From positions 62,001 through 115,414 of the forward strand of contig CAUYUJ010000318.1 of the NCBI GenBank assembly GCA_963575745.1: 53,414 nucleotides of DNA, written 5' to 3'. This stretch comes from Prorocentrum cordatum. Lineage: Eukaryota. Made by a program: the position numbers and the translations under genes. This document shows, piece after piece, positions 37,182-48,469 of the stretch; the stretch's first letter is position 1, and each line of letters opens with the position of its first letter. The notes below the pieces were generated by a model that was given only the letters and a program-made list of their open reading frames with translations, searched no databases and had not been told where the DNA came from.

Positions 37182-38349
37182 CCAATATCAAGACAGACGA
37201 CCCAGTCAACCGTAGAATGGAAGAGAAGAAATCTTGGTGTCAAACATGCCTGAAGGAGTGGCTCGATCTGAGTCAAGCAAGTATTTTGATCCATAGTGTC
37301 GGCGGCACTCGAGTAGGATCGTGCTCTTCTGCCGCTTGGTGCGTGGAGGCTGTGACGCGCCGCGGTTCGATGGAAAGCAGTCGCCTGCTCAATTTAGCTG
37401 GGAGTTTTGTCAGCAGCCCAGTTTTGTTGCGCACCCTGGCGCACCGCGGGTGGGTCGTGAGCGGGCCTCCTCTCTCCCCGTTCTCCGTCGTTCCCCTTCT
37501 CCAGGCTTCAGTGGCCTGACCTGGGAAACAGACAGCAGGAGGGAGGCGGGAGGGAGGAGGGCGAGGGAGCGAGGAGGCCGGGCGGGGGGGGGACGCGCGA
37601 GGGCCCCCGCCCCGGCGCGGAGCAGGGCGGCCCGGCCTCTGCGTTCTCGAAGGGCATGATACGCGAGAGCCTCGACCGGTTGCACCAGGACTCGGCGGAG
37701 GGGGGCGGGGGGCGGCGGCTGGCGGAGGCTAGGGGGGGCGGAGGCTGGGGGAAGGCGTGGATCGACGACCCTCAGGACGCGCCATTCAGCAGGATACAGC
37801 CCCCGACCCTCATAGCAGAGTGAGGTCGCTGCCTCACTCAGGTCCACGGCACTTAGGGATGTCCCTAATCATATGGTTGGTCTCGTCGGTTCCAGGGTCA
37901 GATCCCCCCTGCGCAGTTGATGGTTTCGTTTTCCCTCCTTTCTCGCCGCGTCGCGTTCTCTTTCCCCGGCCCTCTCTCTCTCTCGTTCTCTCTCCCGCTT
38001 CCTCCTTCTGTCCCTCGCTCTCTCTTTCTCTCTCTCGCTCTCTTCTTCCCTTCTTGTTTATTTCTCTCTCTCTTTCTGTCTGTCTCCCTCTCTCTCTCTC
38101 TCGCTCTCTTTCTCTCTCTCTCTCTCTCGCCGTGCCCATCCACCCCTACTTCTCGGGCCGAGCGAATGCGGCGACCCCAGGAGCTCGCTCGCCAAGAGTT
38201 CGTCTCGGATTCGGCTCTTCGGTGGAGCTTTCCAGCGCGACCTCAGTCCACGTGCAGTTCGGGGGGGGGGGGGCAATTTATTATTGCTGCCCCCCCCTAA
38301 AGGACGACCACGGCGACTATGACGACGGTGGCGACTGGGAAGATGAGTG

Positions 38350-39910
38350 TCTTTAATAACCCTTGGGGCCTTCTTGCAGACGCCTTTACCGATGGGACCC
38401 GAGTTCAAGGCACCATTACCAAACGCACCCTTACTAAGGATCCGTACGAACGGCAACCTCACCGAAGATCCATGCCGAGGACCCCTGATTGATGGCATCC
38501 TTACCGAGGGCCCACTACTATAGGAAGCCTGCGAAGTGAATCCACAACACAGGGATCCTCACTGAGGGGACCTTTGCTACAAGGCATCCCCACTTAAGGG
38601 CCCCTCACTGACTGGATCCTTGTTAAGGATCCCTTGATGGCGGCCCCTCGTTGCTAACGGACGCGGTTCTGCACGCATCCTCATAAAAAGGTTTCTCGCA
38701 AGGGATCTTGTTTGAAGGATGCGCTTACAAAGGGGAGTATGTTCGAAAGGCCGATTACGTAGAAATGTGGATAACGCATCTCCAGCACGAAGCAGGGCTC
38801 CCACTAGAGATTCCTCATCATTGGACCCATCCCACGACCGAGGCCCGATCCTTCAGCGGAGACCGCGCCCGTCCACGCAGCCCCAGTCCAGTCCAGCCCC
38901 ATGGTCTGTAGCTGTTGGCCCCTCCCACCACCACCCCACGCAGCAAATACTCAGACGAAGGAGCCACTACCACCATATAGGTTTTTGAATTCTAGGCCAG
39001 CTGCAGAAGGTATCCGCAATACGGGCCCTGCACTTACTACAGGGGGAGCGTTATTGAGAGGACCCTCGCGTATGACATCCCCATTGAGGGAGGGGCGCAC
39101 ACAAACACATCCGTAGTAAACCAAGGTCAGTTAACAAGATATCCTTGCCCAGGAGCCCGCATTCTCCTTCAGGGCCCCTCACTCATGACAGTAATTATTC
39201 GTAGAAGGGCATTGCTGCAGGGGTCCGTACCGAACGGACGGTGTCCTCCATAAGGATATGTTACGCACGGCATCATTATCAATAGACGAAATGACGCATG
39301 CGCGCTGACTCCTTAGCACAGGGGGGGGGGCTTACGCAGGGGATCCGTAACAAAGGCATCCCGTCCGTATCGCGGGCCCCTTTTGACAAACGGCATCCAT
39401 CGTATGGAACCCTTACGCAAGGATCTATTTCAGAGGATCTTGCTACAGGGGTCCTCCGTTGAGGGGGCCCTGAAATAAAGGCATCACCAGTAAGACGTCG
39501 CCACTAAAAGTATCCATACTAAAGGCCCAGTGGTAAGATATCCTTCCTCAGGAGCCCGCATCCTTCCCAAGGAGCCACTACTACATGAAGAAGTCGTGAC
39601 GCGATCAGTATTACAGGGTTCCTAACCGACAGGGCACTTGAGACAGGAATCCCCTCCTGAGGGGGGCCTTACTAAACACATTATCGCGACGGATCCTTTA
39701 CGAAGGGATTCGCAACAAAGGGCCAGTACTAAACGAAGCATGAACAATTAATCCTTTCTACAGGGGTCCGTATTGAAGGGTTCTATTTAAGAACAATCTG
39801 TACGAAGGATTCCTCACTGAAGAGATCCAGATTCAGGACTGCTCATTTCAGGGGTCCTGACTAACGAATCCTCTTGCAGGACCCACCACTGCAAGGAAAC
39901 TCAGGGTCCC
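38350..39910. repeat. Ancient degenerate ~20-nt tandem repeat (GGATCCTTACTAAAGG-like)
   Basis: Recurrent GGATCC/GGACCC/GGCATCC followed by TTACT and AAGG; ORF-poor. Exact period not determined. Confidence 0.5.
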
Positions 39911-40148
39911 TTGGTCACAGGCACGCTTACGAATGCAGATGTTCAGACAATCCCCCCCTAAACGAATTATCACGAAGAACCCCTCAGACTTTCGCAGAGG
40001 GGGACTCGACCATTGTACCAGTCTCGTACGATACATTTGCACAACACCATATCCCTAACATGTTTGGCCCTCCCAACGTAGGTCCCCCCCAAAAGGTTGG
40101 GGGATACTTTTATTCTTTAGGCTTGCGCCACACCGCCGACCCCTTGTT

Positions 40149-40415
40149 GTGGATGTTGCACGGGGGACCTTACGCACGGAGCAGAAGCCCCGTGCACATT
40201 TGAAGCAGAAGCAAGTGGAACATCATCGAGCGGCGAAAGGAGCTAAAGTGGTGTGCAGAAGCTGCGAGGAACTCGGGTTCACAGCGCGCAGTTGCCAGGC
40301 TTATCAGTGCAGCGGCGCGTGCAAGAGAGGACTACCAAAGTCGGTGTTCCCCGACCCGCACAATGTCCCGCGCGACGCAAAGAAGGGCACCCTAAAGTGC
40401 AAGACGTGCAAATGA
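40149..40415 (+). other. Cys-rich putative zinc-binding C-terminal fragment
   Basis: VCRSCEELGFTARSCQAYQCSGACKRGLPKSVFP...GTLKCKTCK* has paired Cys motifs; no upstream frame was identified. Confidence 0.35.
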
Positions 40416-42914
40416 TGCCCAATCGGTTGCGCGTACTGGGCAGAAAAGGGAGGACGGGAAGAGGAGGATGGGGGGTGAGGCGGAAAATGGGGGGGAGAAG
40501 CATCGGTGAGGATGAGCTGAAGCGGGGCAGGAAGAGGAGGAGGGGAACGAGGAGGAAGTGTAGGAGGAGGAGGAAGAGGAGGAGGAGGGGGACACTGAGA
40601 TGAGGCTCCGGGTTATGGGGCTGGGCGCGACTCGAAAAACCGGTGTGTTCGGAGATGTCCGTTGGGATCTTGCGGGGGGGCTTCTTGCGGGCCTCTTGGA
40701 GCAGTTTCGAAGGCTCTTGGGGGCCGTTTTGGGGCCTCTTTGTGGCTTCTTGGGCGCCTCTTGGAACGTCTTGGGGGCCTCTTGGGGGGTTCTTGGGGCC
40801 TCTTTGGGGCCTCTTGGGGGCCTCTTGGGGCGTAAGGCTGGGTTTTCCGGTGCGTGGTCTCTCTCTGGAGCCCCTCTTGGGCCCGTCTCCGGGAGGTTCT
40901 TGGGCCGTCTTGGGCGGCTCTTGGGCCGTCTGGGGGCTCTCTTGGGCCGCCTTGGGCGGCTCTTGGGCCGTCTGGGGGCTCTCTTGGGCCGTCTTGGGGG
41001 CGTCGTGGAGGCCTCTTGTGCCGTCTTGGAGCAGTCTTGGGAGTTTCTTGGGCTGTCTTGGAGCGTCGGAAGGCCGAAAAGGCGAAAATGACGAAAACAT
41101 CGAAAAAACAAAAAACACAAATGAAAATCAACGATGTTGGCCTCTTGGGGCGCTCCTCGGGGGCCTCTTGGAGGTCTCTTGGGGCGTCTTGGAGGTCTCT
41201 TCGGGCGTCTTGGAGCCCTCGTGGGGCGTCTTGGAAGCCTCTTGGGGCCTCATGGGCGCTTCTTAAGGCGTCTAGGCGGACTCTTGGGGCGTCTGGGGGC
41301 CTCTTGGAACGTCTGGGAGGCCTCTTGGGGCCTTCTTGGCCCGTATTTGGGCCCTTTTGGGCCCGGAAGAGCGTCGTGAGTCGCTCGTGGTGGGCACCCC
41401 CCTCCCCCCTCCAAATCGACCGGACCGGGTTCCCGGGGGAGGGGTTTGGGGAGGGGGAAGCATCTCACACGCCGATGACCCAAGGGGTCGGCGGATTGCT
41501 TATCAGCGTGTGCTAGCCCTGTGTGTGTTTGTGTGTTTCCCCAGCGGCGGACGATTTACATATCCAGGCAAACGCACACCTGCCACTACATATTTTCCAC
41601 AACTGCTCTGACCAGGGATCGTACGATGGCGAGTTGCAGCCGTCTGCGTTACGCAATTCAGGCCCACCGGCGGCACGCAGCGCGTGTCGGTTCTCATGTT
41701 TTCGTCGTATTGAATGGCTCTGATGAACATGCACGCATTGTCGCTAGCACGCGTTCGGATGATCATGGATGGGGGGAGGAAGAGGTTGAGTAGGAGGGGG
41801 AGGGAGGAGGCAACAGCAGCAGGCGGGAACGGGAGCCAGGAGTTGGCGGCCAGCGCCATTTGCCCTCGAGGAGAATTCGTGCGGTTGCCCCCCGTTGCCC
41901 CCGCCCCCTCCAGCCATTTGTCTGGCTCGGATCGTGCCCTCGACGCTCAGGAATCGCGCTCTTGCTCTAGCTATTTTCACGACTTACTTGATAATCGCGC
42001 TATTGCTTGAGACCTCCTCGCGATTCATGCAGGACTCGCGCTTCAGCAACCCGCCTGCTCGACCTTGCCGCCTGGGCCCGCCTTTCCGACCCGCCCGTCA
42101 GGGCTTACCCCCTATCATCCTGTCTGGCTTTGCCACGTGTTTTCTGCTCCTGACCCCCCTCCTGCTAATCTCTCTCGTGCTCCATCATTCTCCATCCCCT
42201 ATCCTTCTGTTCTGTATTCCCTGTTTTAGGGGCTGCGGCAACTGCACGTGGCAGGTGAGGAAAATGTACCCCAAAGGGGGTTCGATCGACGACGAAGAGG
42301 TCGGGTATTGAGGGTGTGGGATCTGTGTGTTGAGTGGCGTGTGCGAGCATATGAAAGCGAACAGCGTTAGACTGTTTGGATTTTTCAACACCGTTATTGT
42401 TGACCCTCCTCTCTGGTGCCCATTGTGTTTTTTTCAGTTGAAGTGATCCTCCTGGGCACCTACCTTCATTTTTACAAGGGGAAGCCTGCAGGCTCAGATT
42501 GGGTTGCTGGCCCCCAGTTTACAACAGCAGCGGCTCCCCCCTGACACGCCCTCACAATTTATCGATTTGACATTCCTTTCACTTCATCAAGGAGGATCGG
42601 CCAGTAAGAGCAGGTAAGAACAAACAGTTTCAAAATGCTTGCTGTCGTTGATTATTGTCGTGGTTTACTCCGCGATCCACCCGCGACCCACCGCGCGACC
42701 CACCCTGCTCCACCCGCGACCCACCAGGGACCCATTCGTATCCGCGACCCGCGCCCGCGCCCGCCTCATTCGTATCCGCGCCTGCGGGGTGCTGCGTACT
42801 TTTTCCGCTCTGCAGGTTGGGCGACCGCGGTGCGCTCGCCCCACTGGCCGCAGACCCCCCAAGCAATCGCGCAGCTCGGACGTGTCCCTCCGTCGGTCGT
42901 TCCTTGTTCCTCTC

Positions 42915-43112
42915 TAGGCCTTTTAGATGGGATCCGACTAGATAGGGTCGGAGGAGCGCGCCGCATCGCCGATGCATCGGCGATGCGGCTCGAATTGGAG
43001 CCCGATTGTCTTCGCGCCGACGGCGCCGATGTATCGTCGACGTCCCCCATCTGCATCGGCGATGCGGCGTGACCAGCCGACCCCATCAACTCGGACCCCA
43101 TCTGGGAGGCCT
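42915..43112. mobile_element. ~200-bp fold-back element containing a perfect 30-bp palindrome
   Basis: AGATGGGATCCGACTAGATAGGGTCGG pairs with CCGACCCCATCAACTCGGACCCCATCT; GCCGCATCGCCGATGCATCGGCGATGCGGC at 42960-42989. Confidence 0.8.
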
Positions 43113-44342
43113 CTGCACTCCCTCCCCCCATTTCCCGCGTGCTGGCTCCGGCGCTGGCCAGTTCGAGCTCTCCGCGCTCACGCACCTCCTGGCGGGGGTG
43201 GTGCAGTTCACCCGGAACTCGGAGCCCGAGGGCGAGTCCGGGAGCCAGGCGGGAGGAGAGTGGGAGCGGACGGGGGAGGGTGGGGAGGAGGATGGGGTTC
43301 ACTCCCCATAGGTTGAAGGAGTCCTGGGGGCAGAGAAAGGACAGCGGGGTGGGAGTGGCCATCCGCGGAGAGACAGTTGCTCCCCGCCTGGACTTCCATC
43401 CCCCAGGCAGGGCCAGGTGAGCGAGGAACGCGAGCATGAAAGACAGCAGAAGTCTCGGGGGAGAATATTACGGAGCAGCCCCTGTCTTACCCTCCCAGCG
43501 GCCGTCCTGGGCGGCCTTCGGGAGCAGGAGGAGGGTAGACTCAGCATCGCGGAACATGCTTGGGAGGTCCCCCTGGGTGGGGGTACCGATCTTCAGATAT
43601 CCGCTTAAGACTCTGAGCCCCTTTAGGGGTGGGAGAGCACCTTCCGAGTTAGCCACCTGGGGTCAGAGGTACCAGTCTTGCCCCACGCGGTGCAGAAGGT
43701 GAGGCCGTACCGCCCCCAGAAGCTGAACCGATGGTTGGGGTGGAGGCTCTTACCTCCTACCCCTTGGGCCCTCTGGAGAGGGATAACTTCATCTCCGACG
43801 GGGCACGGCTGAGGGCGGCAGCTTTGATCGAATTTCTCGTCGCGAATCGAGAACAGCACAAACACAAGAACTTGGGCCCGATCTTCTGCCACTCGTGGGC
43901 GGACGACTGCCAAACTCGGCCCAACGCGGGGACGGGAGGGACCTCGGGACGCTCGGGACGCGACGCGGTCCAGGGATCGGCTTGGACTGACTCCTATGGA
44001 GCTCTGCGCGCCCGTCGGCGGATCAGCGCCGCCTCAGCATCCCTACGATCGGTCTCTGAGACAAATCCTACAGTGAATTCGCTCCAGTTTGCTCGGGTGG
44101 TTTTACCAGCAAGAAGGTCGGTGCACTCGTTGCCGATGGCACACAATACTTCGCGCTCGCTGGAACAATCGATGTCTTCAACCGACACGTGGGACGGGAC
44201 AAATTCGACAATGTTTCCGCGCCCTTCCCCTCGGCAACCCTGAAGATTCTGGTCCAAAGGTCACCGTTACGTGCATGACCCGCGCACATGCCTGGGGACC
44301 AGACCTTGGGGATGGGGAGGTGGCCGGTTATATATCTCAATT

Positions 44343-44759
44343 CTAGACGCTTCGCGTATCCCCACCAGCCCGTCCAGAAACGACGCCCAGGCGAGTAGAG
44401 GGTCGTCCTGAGGGGCTTTTCGGCGTCTTGGGTGCCTCGGGGGGGCCTCTTTGGGCCGTTTGGGATCCTCTTGGGGGCCTCCTGGGGGCCTCTTGGGGCC
44501 ATCTTGGGGCCTCTTGGTGCCTCCTGGGCGCTTCTTGGGGCCATCTTGGAGGAAATCGATCAAAGAAGAGGGGAGCTTCAATTAGCGCTGCCCCCTCAGA
44601 AGGCCAAAATGGGGCCAAAACCTTAGTAAAATCAATGATTTTGGCTTCAAAGAAGAGGGGAGCTTTAATTAGCGCTGCCCCCTCAGAAAGCCAAAATGGG
44701 GCCAAACCGGTGGAAGAAGAAACGCTCTAAACCACCGACGCCCAGAGGGCTGGTGGGAC
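44343..44759 (-). mobile_element. Helentron/Helitron2-like non-autonomous insert inside the LINE RNase H
   Basis: 12-bp asymmetric inverted repeats TCCCACCAGCCC (44359-44370) and GGGCTGGTGGGA (44747-44758); terminal hairpin ACGC-TTC-GCGT next to CTAG; T-runs on both flanks; internal GGGCCTCTT tract and a ~60-bp duplication. Confidence 0.55.
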
Positions 44760-47700
44760 TTGCCAGTGGTCATCTCTAGGGCCTCAGCGAACGCGGTGGG
44801 CTCAGCACGGGTGACAGTTTGGGACTTCCCCGAGACAGTGGTCGCAAAACCCGCACAGGCTTCCCAGGCGAACGGGCTCCCATCGAGAATCGTTATCGCT
44901 GCTCCGACCCTGCGGCGCCGAGGGCCGTCGGAGAACGCACCCCCACGAACCATCCCCATCCCGAGGACGCAGACAAAACCCTCGGCATCACGGGGTGCGA
45001 AGGCGAAGCAGCCAAGATAATGAGTGACCTGGCTGCTTTTCTTCATCGAAGACAGAGCAGGTGCCGGCTCGGCTAGGGAGACCTCTTTTGCCAGAGATTC
45101 AGACTTCATGGTTGACGCGCGCCTGCTCCATCAGGCGGGAGCTGTCGCCGTAGTCCTTGTGACCACAGTTCTTCTGTGTGGCCGCACCGTCGCAAGTGAG
45201 CGAGACCTCGTATCCAGCAGCTCGGAGGCGGGGTCGTGGCCCACCATGACGTAGGTCGTCCGTTGCCTAAGGCTGTGAAGTTTTGCCGCAGGGCATCTTA
45301 TCGATCGAGCTCCTGACGTCGTCCAATATCGCCGAGTAGTTGCTGGTCATCTCAGCAAACTTGTCGTCGGAGGCTGGAGGGATGAGCCGCGAATGCCCGC
45401 AGTCTGTGTCCCACTGCGTGGCCGAGGCAGGGTCCCAGTTGAGGTCCAGGAGCGCGGCGATCGCGGCGCTGACAGGGCCCTTGACGATGCGCCACTTCCT
45501 CTGTCCAGCACGCTTGAGTTTCGGCACGACGATGTCCCACGCCTTCTGCACGCGCGGAAGAATCGCGGGGTTCCGCCGCCAGAGGGTGACCCATGCCGAA
45601 AATTGTCGCGCGCGGGCCGCCTCGGCGGGGTCGCCGTCGCCAAGCGGGGTAGCGAGGATGGCGGTCAGGCACCGCCCTGGGCCTTTGCCAGCGACGGAGC
45701 GGCCAGCTCGACGGCGAAGGTTGGTGATCTCGTGTTCTGGGACTTCCATCTGCCGGTGCCCTTACAGCGCCTGCGGCGAGCTGCCGGTGCGCCGCGGGCC
45801 TTGGGAGGCGCGGCGGAGCTTGGCGATGCGTCGGACCTTGGCGATGGCCTCGGTCCTCTCGACGGCCTTCTTCATTCCGTCGCGGGCCTTCACCCGCGCG
45901 CGGGCACGACTGGCAGCCGCGTCGCAGCCCAGGTCAGTGGCAGTCGCGGCCGCCCGAGCGGAAACCCGTTGCTTCCTCAATCCCTGGGCCGTATCCTTGG
46001 ACATGGCGGTGGACGTGGAGGCGACCGCAGTCCTGTCGGAGATTGCGAGCCCCGCGCCGCGCTGCATCATTTGCCCAACGTAGCCCGAAGTCTCTACCAG
46101 CAAGTCGGCGACTGTCTCGACAGTGCCTTGCGCGCGAATGATCACGTCATCAACGAAGGTCCTCACCATGATGTCGCGCCGAAACCGAATATAGGCAGCG
46201 TGTTGGAGAAGCCCGAGCATGGCCATCGCAAGCTCGCCTCTGCGGGTCGACCTGGCAACCGGCGGCGCGGTCGGAGGGGTCTCGCTGGGGGCCCAGCGCC
46301 TCTCGCGGAGGCGCCGCGGCGCCAGGGGCATTTGGGGCCCCAGGTCCACGATGACGGCAGTGAAGCCTTGCTCGAGGCCTGCCTTGCACAGGAGGGGGAT
46401 GGAGACGCCGCCGTAGAATTCTTCCAAGTCCAGCAGACATGCGCCGCTGGCCACCGAGATGTGGCGGCGGCGCTCGCCCATGCAGCCGCGGACTAGCGCT
46501 GCTTGAAGCGACTGCGAGCCGCTCGAGCCCCGCGAAGCGGCGCCCCGGAGCTCCGACAGACCCTCGCTCCGTCCTTCAGCCAGCGGGAACCTGACTCGCG
46601 CTCGATCTGGCCGTGGGGCGAGGCCAGCTCTTGGCGAGCTGGGGCAGGTAGACGCTGGGCTTCTTGCGGCTCCATGGCGTCGATGCCCTTCGCTTTCTCG
46701 ACGTTGAGGCGCCCCGCGACTCCGTCGACCCGGTCGACGGCGATGGGTTCGTCGCCCTCCTGATCGGCCGTCTGCAAACCTCTCGCCAAGCATTGCCGCG
46801 TCGGTCCATGATCTGGCCCGGCGCGGCGCGGGCGCAACCTCGCCGCGTCTCGAGCGCCCGCTTGCCGAAAACGCGACGACCATCTGCGAGTGGCTTGCTC
46901 GCGGCCCCGCTCAGAGAACGCTCGGAGGTCTCGATGGGGCCAGGGATCTCGCTTTTACTTTTCTGGCCCAGCATGGAAATAGCTGCCACCCAAGAAGCGA
47001 AGACGCCGCTGGTGTTCTGCTGGGAAGGCTGTCGAGGGCGACCTTGCGAAGCTCTTCGATCTTCCTGCTGAGCGCCTCTCCGGGCGCGGTGGCGAGCGTC
47101 TCCTTGCGCGGCATGGCCTCGCCACCCGCGGCGCCCTTCTGCGAGCGACCAGTGGGCGTCGATGGCGCGCCCGTCGTCTTCTGGCCGTCCTTGGACACGT
47201 TGGCAATCGTGCGCTCGAGACGCCCTCCGCGGAAATGAGTCTCGGCGAAGCCGAGCGCGTCGTTCTGATCAACCCGGGCCTTCATAAACCCCCCAGGGCG
47301 CGGGCTCTGTTCAGGGGCGTTGGCGAGGTAGAAATGGCCGTCCAGGTTAGGGGCCCGATGCGCGCCCGCCGCCTCGGCCGCCAGCCCTGCCCTTGCCGCC
47401 AGCAGAGCTGCGGCCGCGGCCGGCGTCGGCAGCGGCAGGGGCGGGCCGCGCATCAGCCCTTGCAGCGCGCTGTTCAGCGCGCTCTTTGGCCGCTGCGATC
47501 GCCGCGGTGACGAGGGGCCCTGGCGCCCGCCCTGGCCCGGGCGGCGTCGGGGGCAATGGCGGCGCCCGAGGCGGAAGTGGCGGCGCCTGCCGGTGGGCCG
47601 CCCCCATCGCCGCTGCGCAGGCGTTCGGCTGGGGCCGAGCGGATCTCGCGGGCGGTCGCGAGCGCGGCTTGCAGCGCCTCCCGGAGCGCCTCGACCTGCT

Positions 47701-48447
47701 GAACGTGGGCGCCCATCTGGGCCGTGAGGTCGCGGAGGATCTCCTGCTGGCCTTCGTCGCGCTCCTCCAGATCGTCGGCGAAGTCAGCCCCCTTGATCGC
47801 GAGCAGAATATTAGTGCCATCGGTGGTGTATTATCATTCTGGCGGGGGTTGGGGCAGCGGAGCTCATGCCGAGGGACTGACATAATCGCGCTGGCTGTGG
47901 CCGCTCGGGCCGCGATGGCTTCCTCGGTGGCCACCCGCGCGTCGTCCTTTGCCTTGGCAAGGGCCGCCCCGTTGACGACGCGTGCACCGGCGGCCCGACG
48001 GAGAGCAGCTTCCTGCCTCTCGAGACTGTGCGCCGCGTTGTCGACCTCCTGGTGCGGAGTGCGCTGCTTGGCCAGGCTGGTTGTGCAGGTGCTCCGTATC
48101 TCCTCGGCGGCCTGCGCGGGGCGTGCGAAGGCGGGGCTGGCGGCGACCAGCTGGAGCATGCCGACTGGGTCAGCGGGCTGCTTGTCCTCTGCCTACGGAG
48201 GTTGCTTCTTGGACAGAAGGGAACTTTCACATCTTCCCCAAGAGGTTGACGACACCTGTTCCTCCCCGCGCACTCACCAACACATGCGGTGATGCGGAAG
48301 CTTTGCGCCCAGTGTCCACACTTCGAGCACGCCGAGAAGGACCGGCTGCGCCCCATCCGCTGCTGGAGGGAGAAAGGGGTGCCGAGCACAATTGCTTTAT
48401 TTGACCGCGAAGTATCGGTGGCCGTGCCCTGCCACGGGCAAGAACAT

Positions 48448-48469
48448 ATGGAGCCAAACTGGCCACGGA
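48448..48469 (-). promoter_or_regulatory. Full-length spliced-leader copy at the LINE 5' end
   Basis: Minus strand TCCGTGGCCAGTTTGGCTCCAT versus TCCGTAGCCATTTTGGCTCAAG (18/22 identical), ~90 bp before the ORF1 ATG (MGRSRSFSACSKCGHW). Confidence 0.75.

Larger units (their letters stand above)
43520..48469 (-). mobile_element. Near-full-length degenerate LINE: ORF1 (Zn finger + coiled coil), ORF2 (APE-like endonuclease, RT, RNase H, C-terminal Cys/His)
   Basis: In minus-strand order: ACSKCGHW...CVGEC; Ala/Glu-rich coil; DALGFAETH; CLLDLEEFY, RTFVDDVII, ATDLGCD; KWRIVKGPVSAAIAALLDLNW; SQTVTRAE, NGDLW, VPSH, GNECTDLLA; LHPNHRF...GLTFC. Many frameshifts. Confidence 0.85.

Noticed and set aside
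41855..41930. Two SL-like words (CCATTTGCCCTCGAG, AGCCATTTGTCTGGCTC)
   Set aside because: Too degenerate (11/15 or gapped), with no downstream ORF to anchor them.
43150..43480. Possible plus-strand exons joined by a GC-AG intron (ESGSQ|VSEERE)
   Set aside because: No domain, start or stop support, and it abuts the LINE 3' end.
43731..44243. Protein-like plus-strand ORF (VEALTSYPLGPLERDNF...)
   Set aside because: The opposite strand carries the LINE RNase H and C-terminal Cys/His motifs, so this is a shadow frame.
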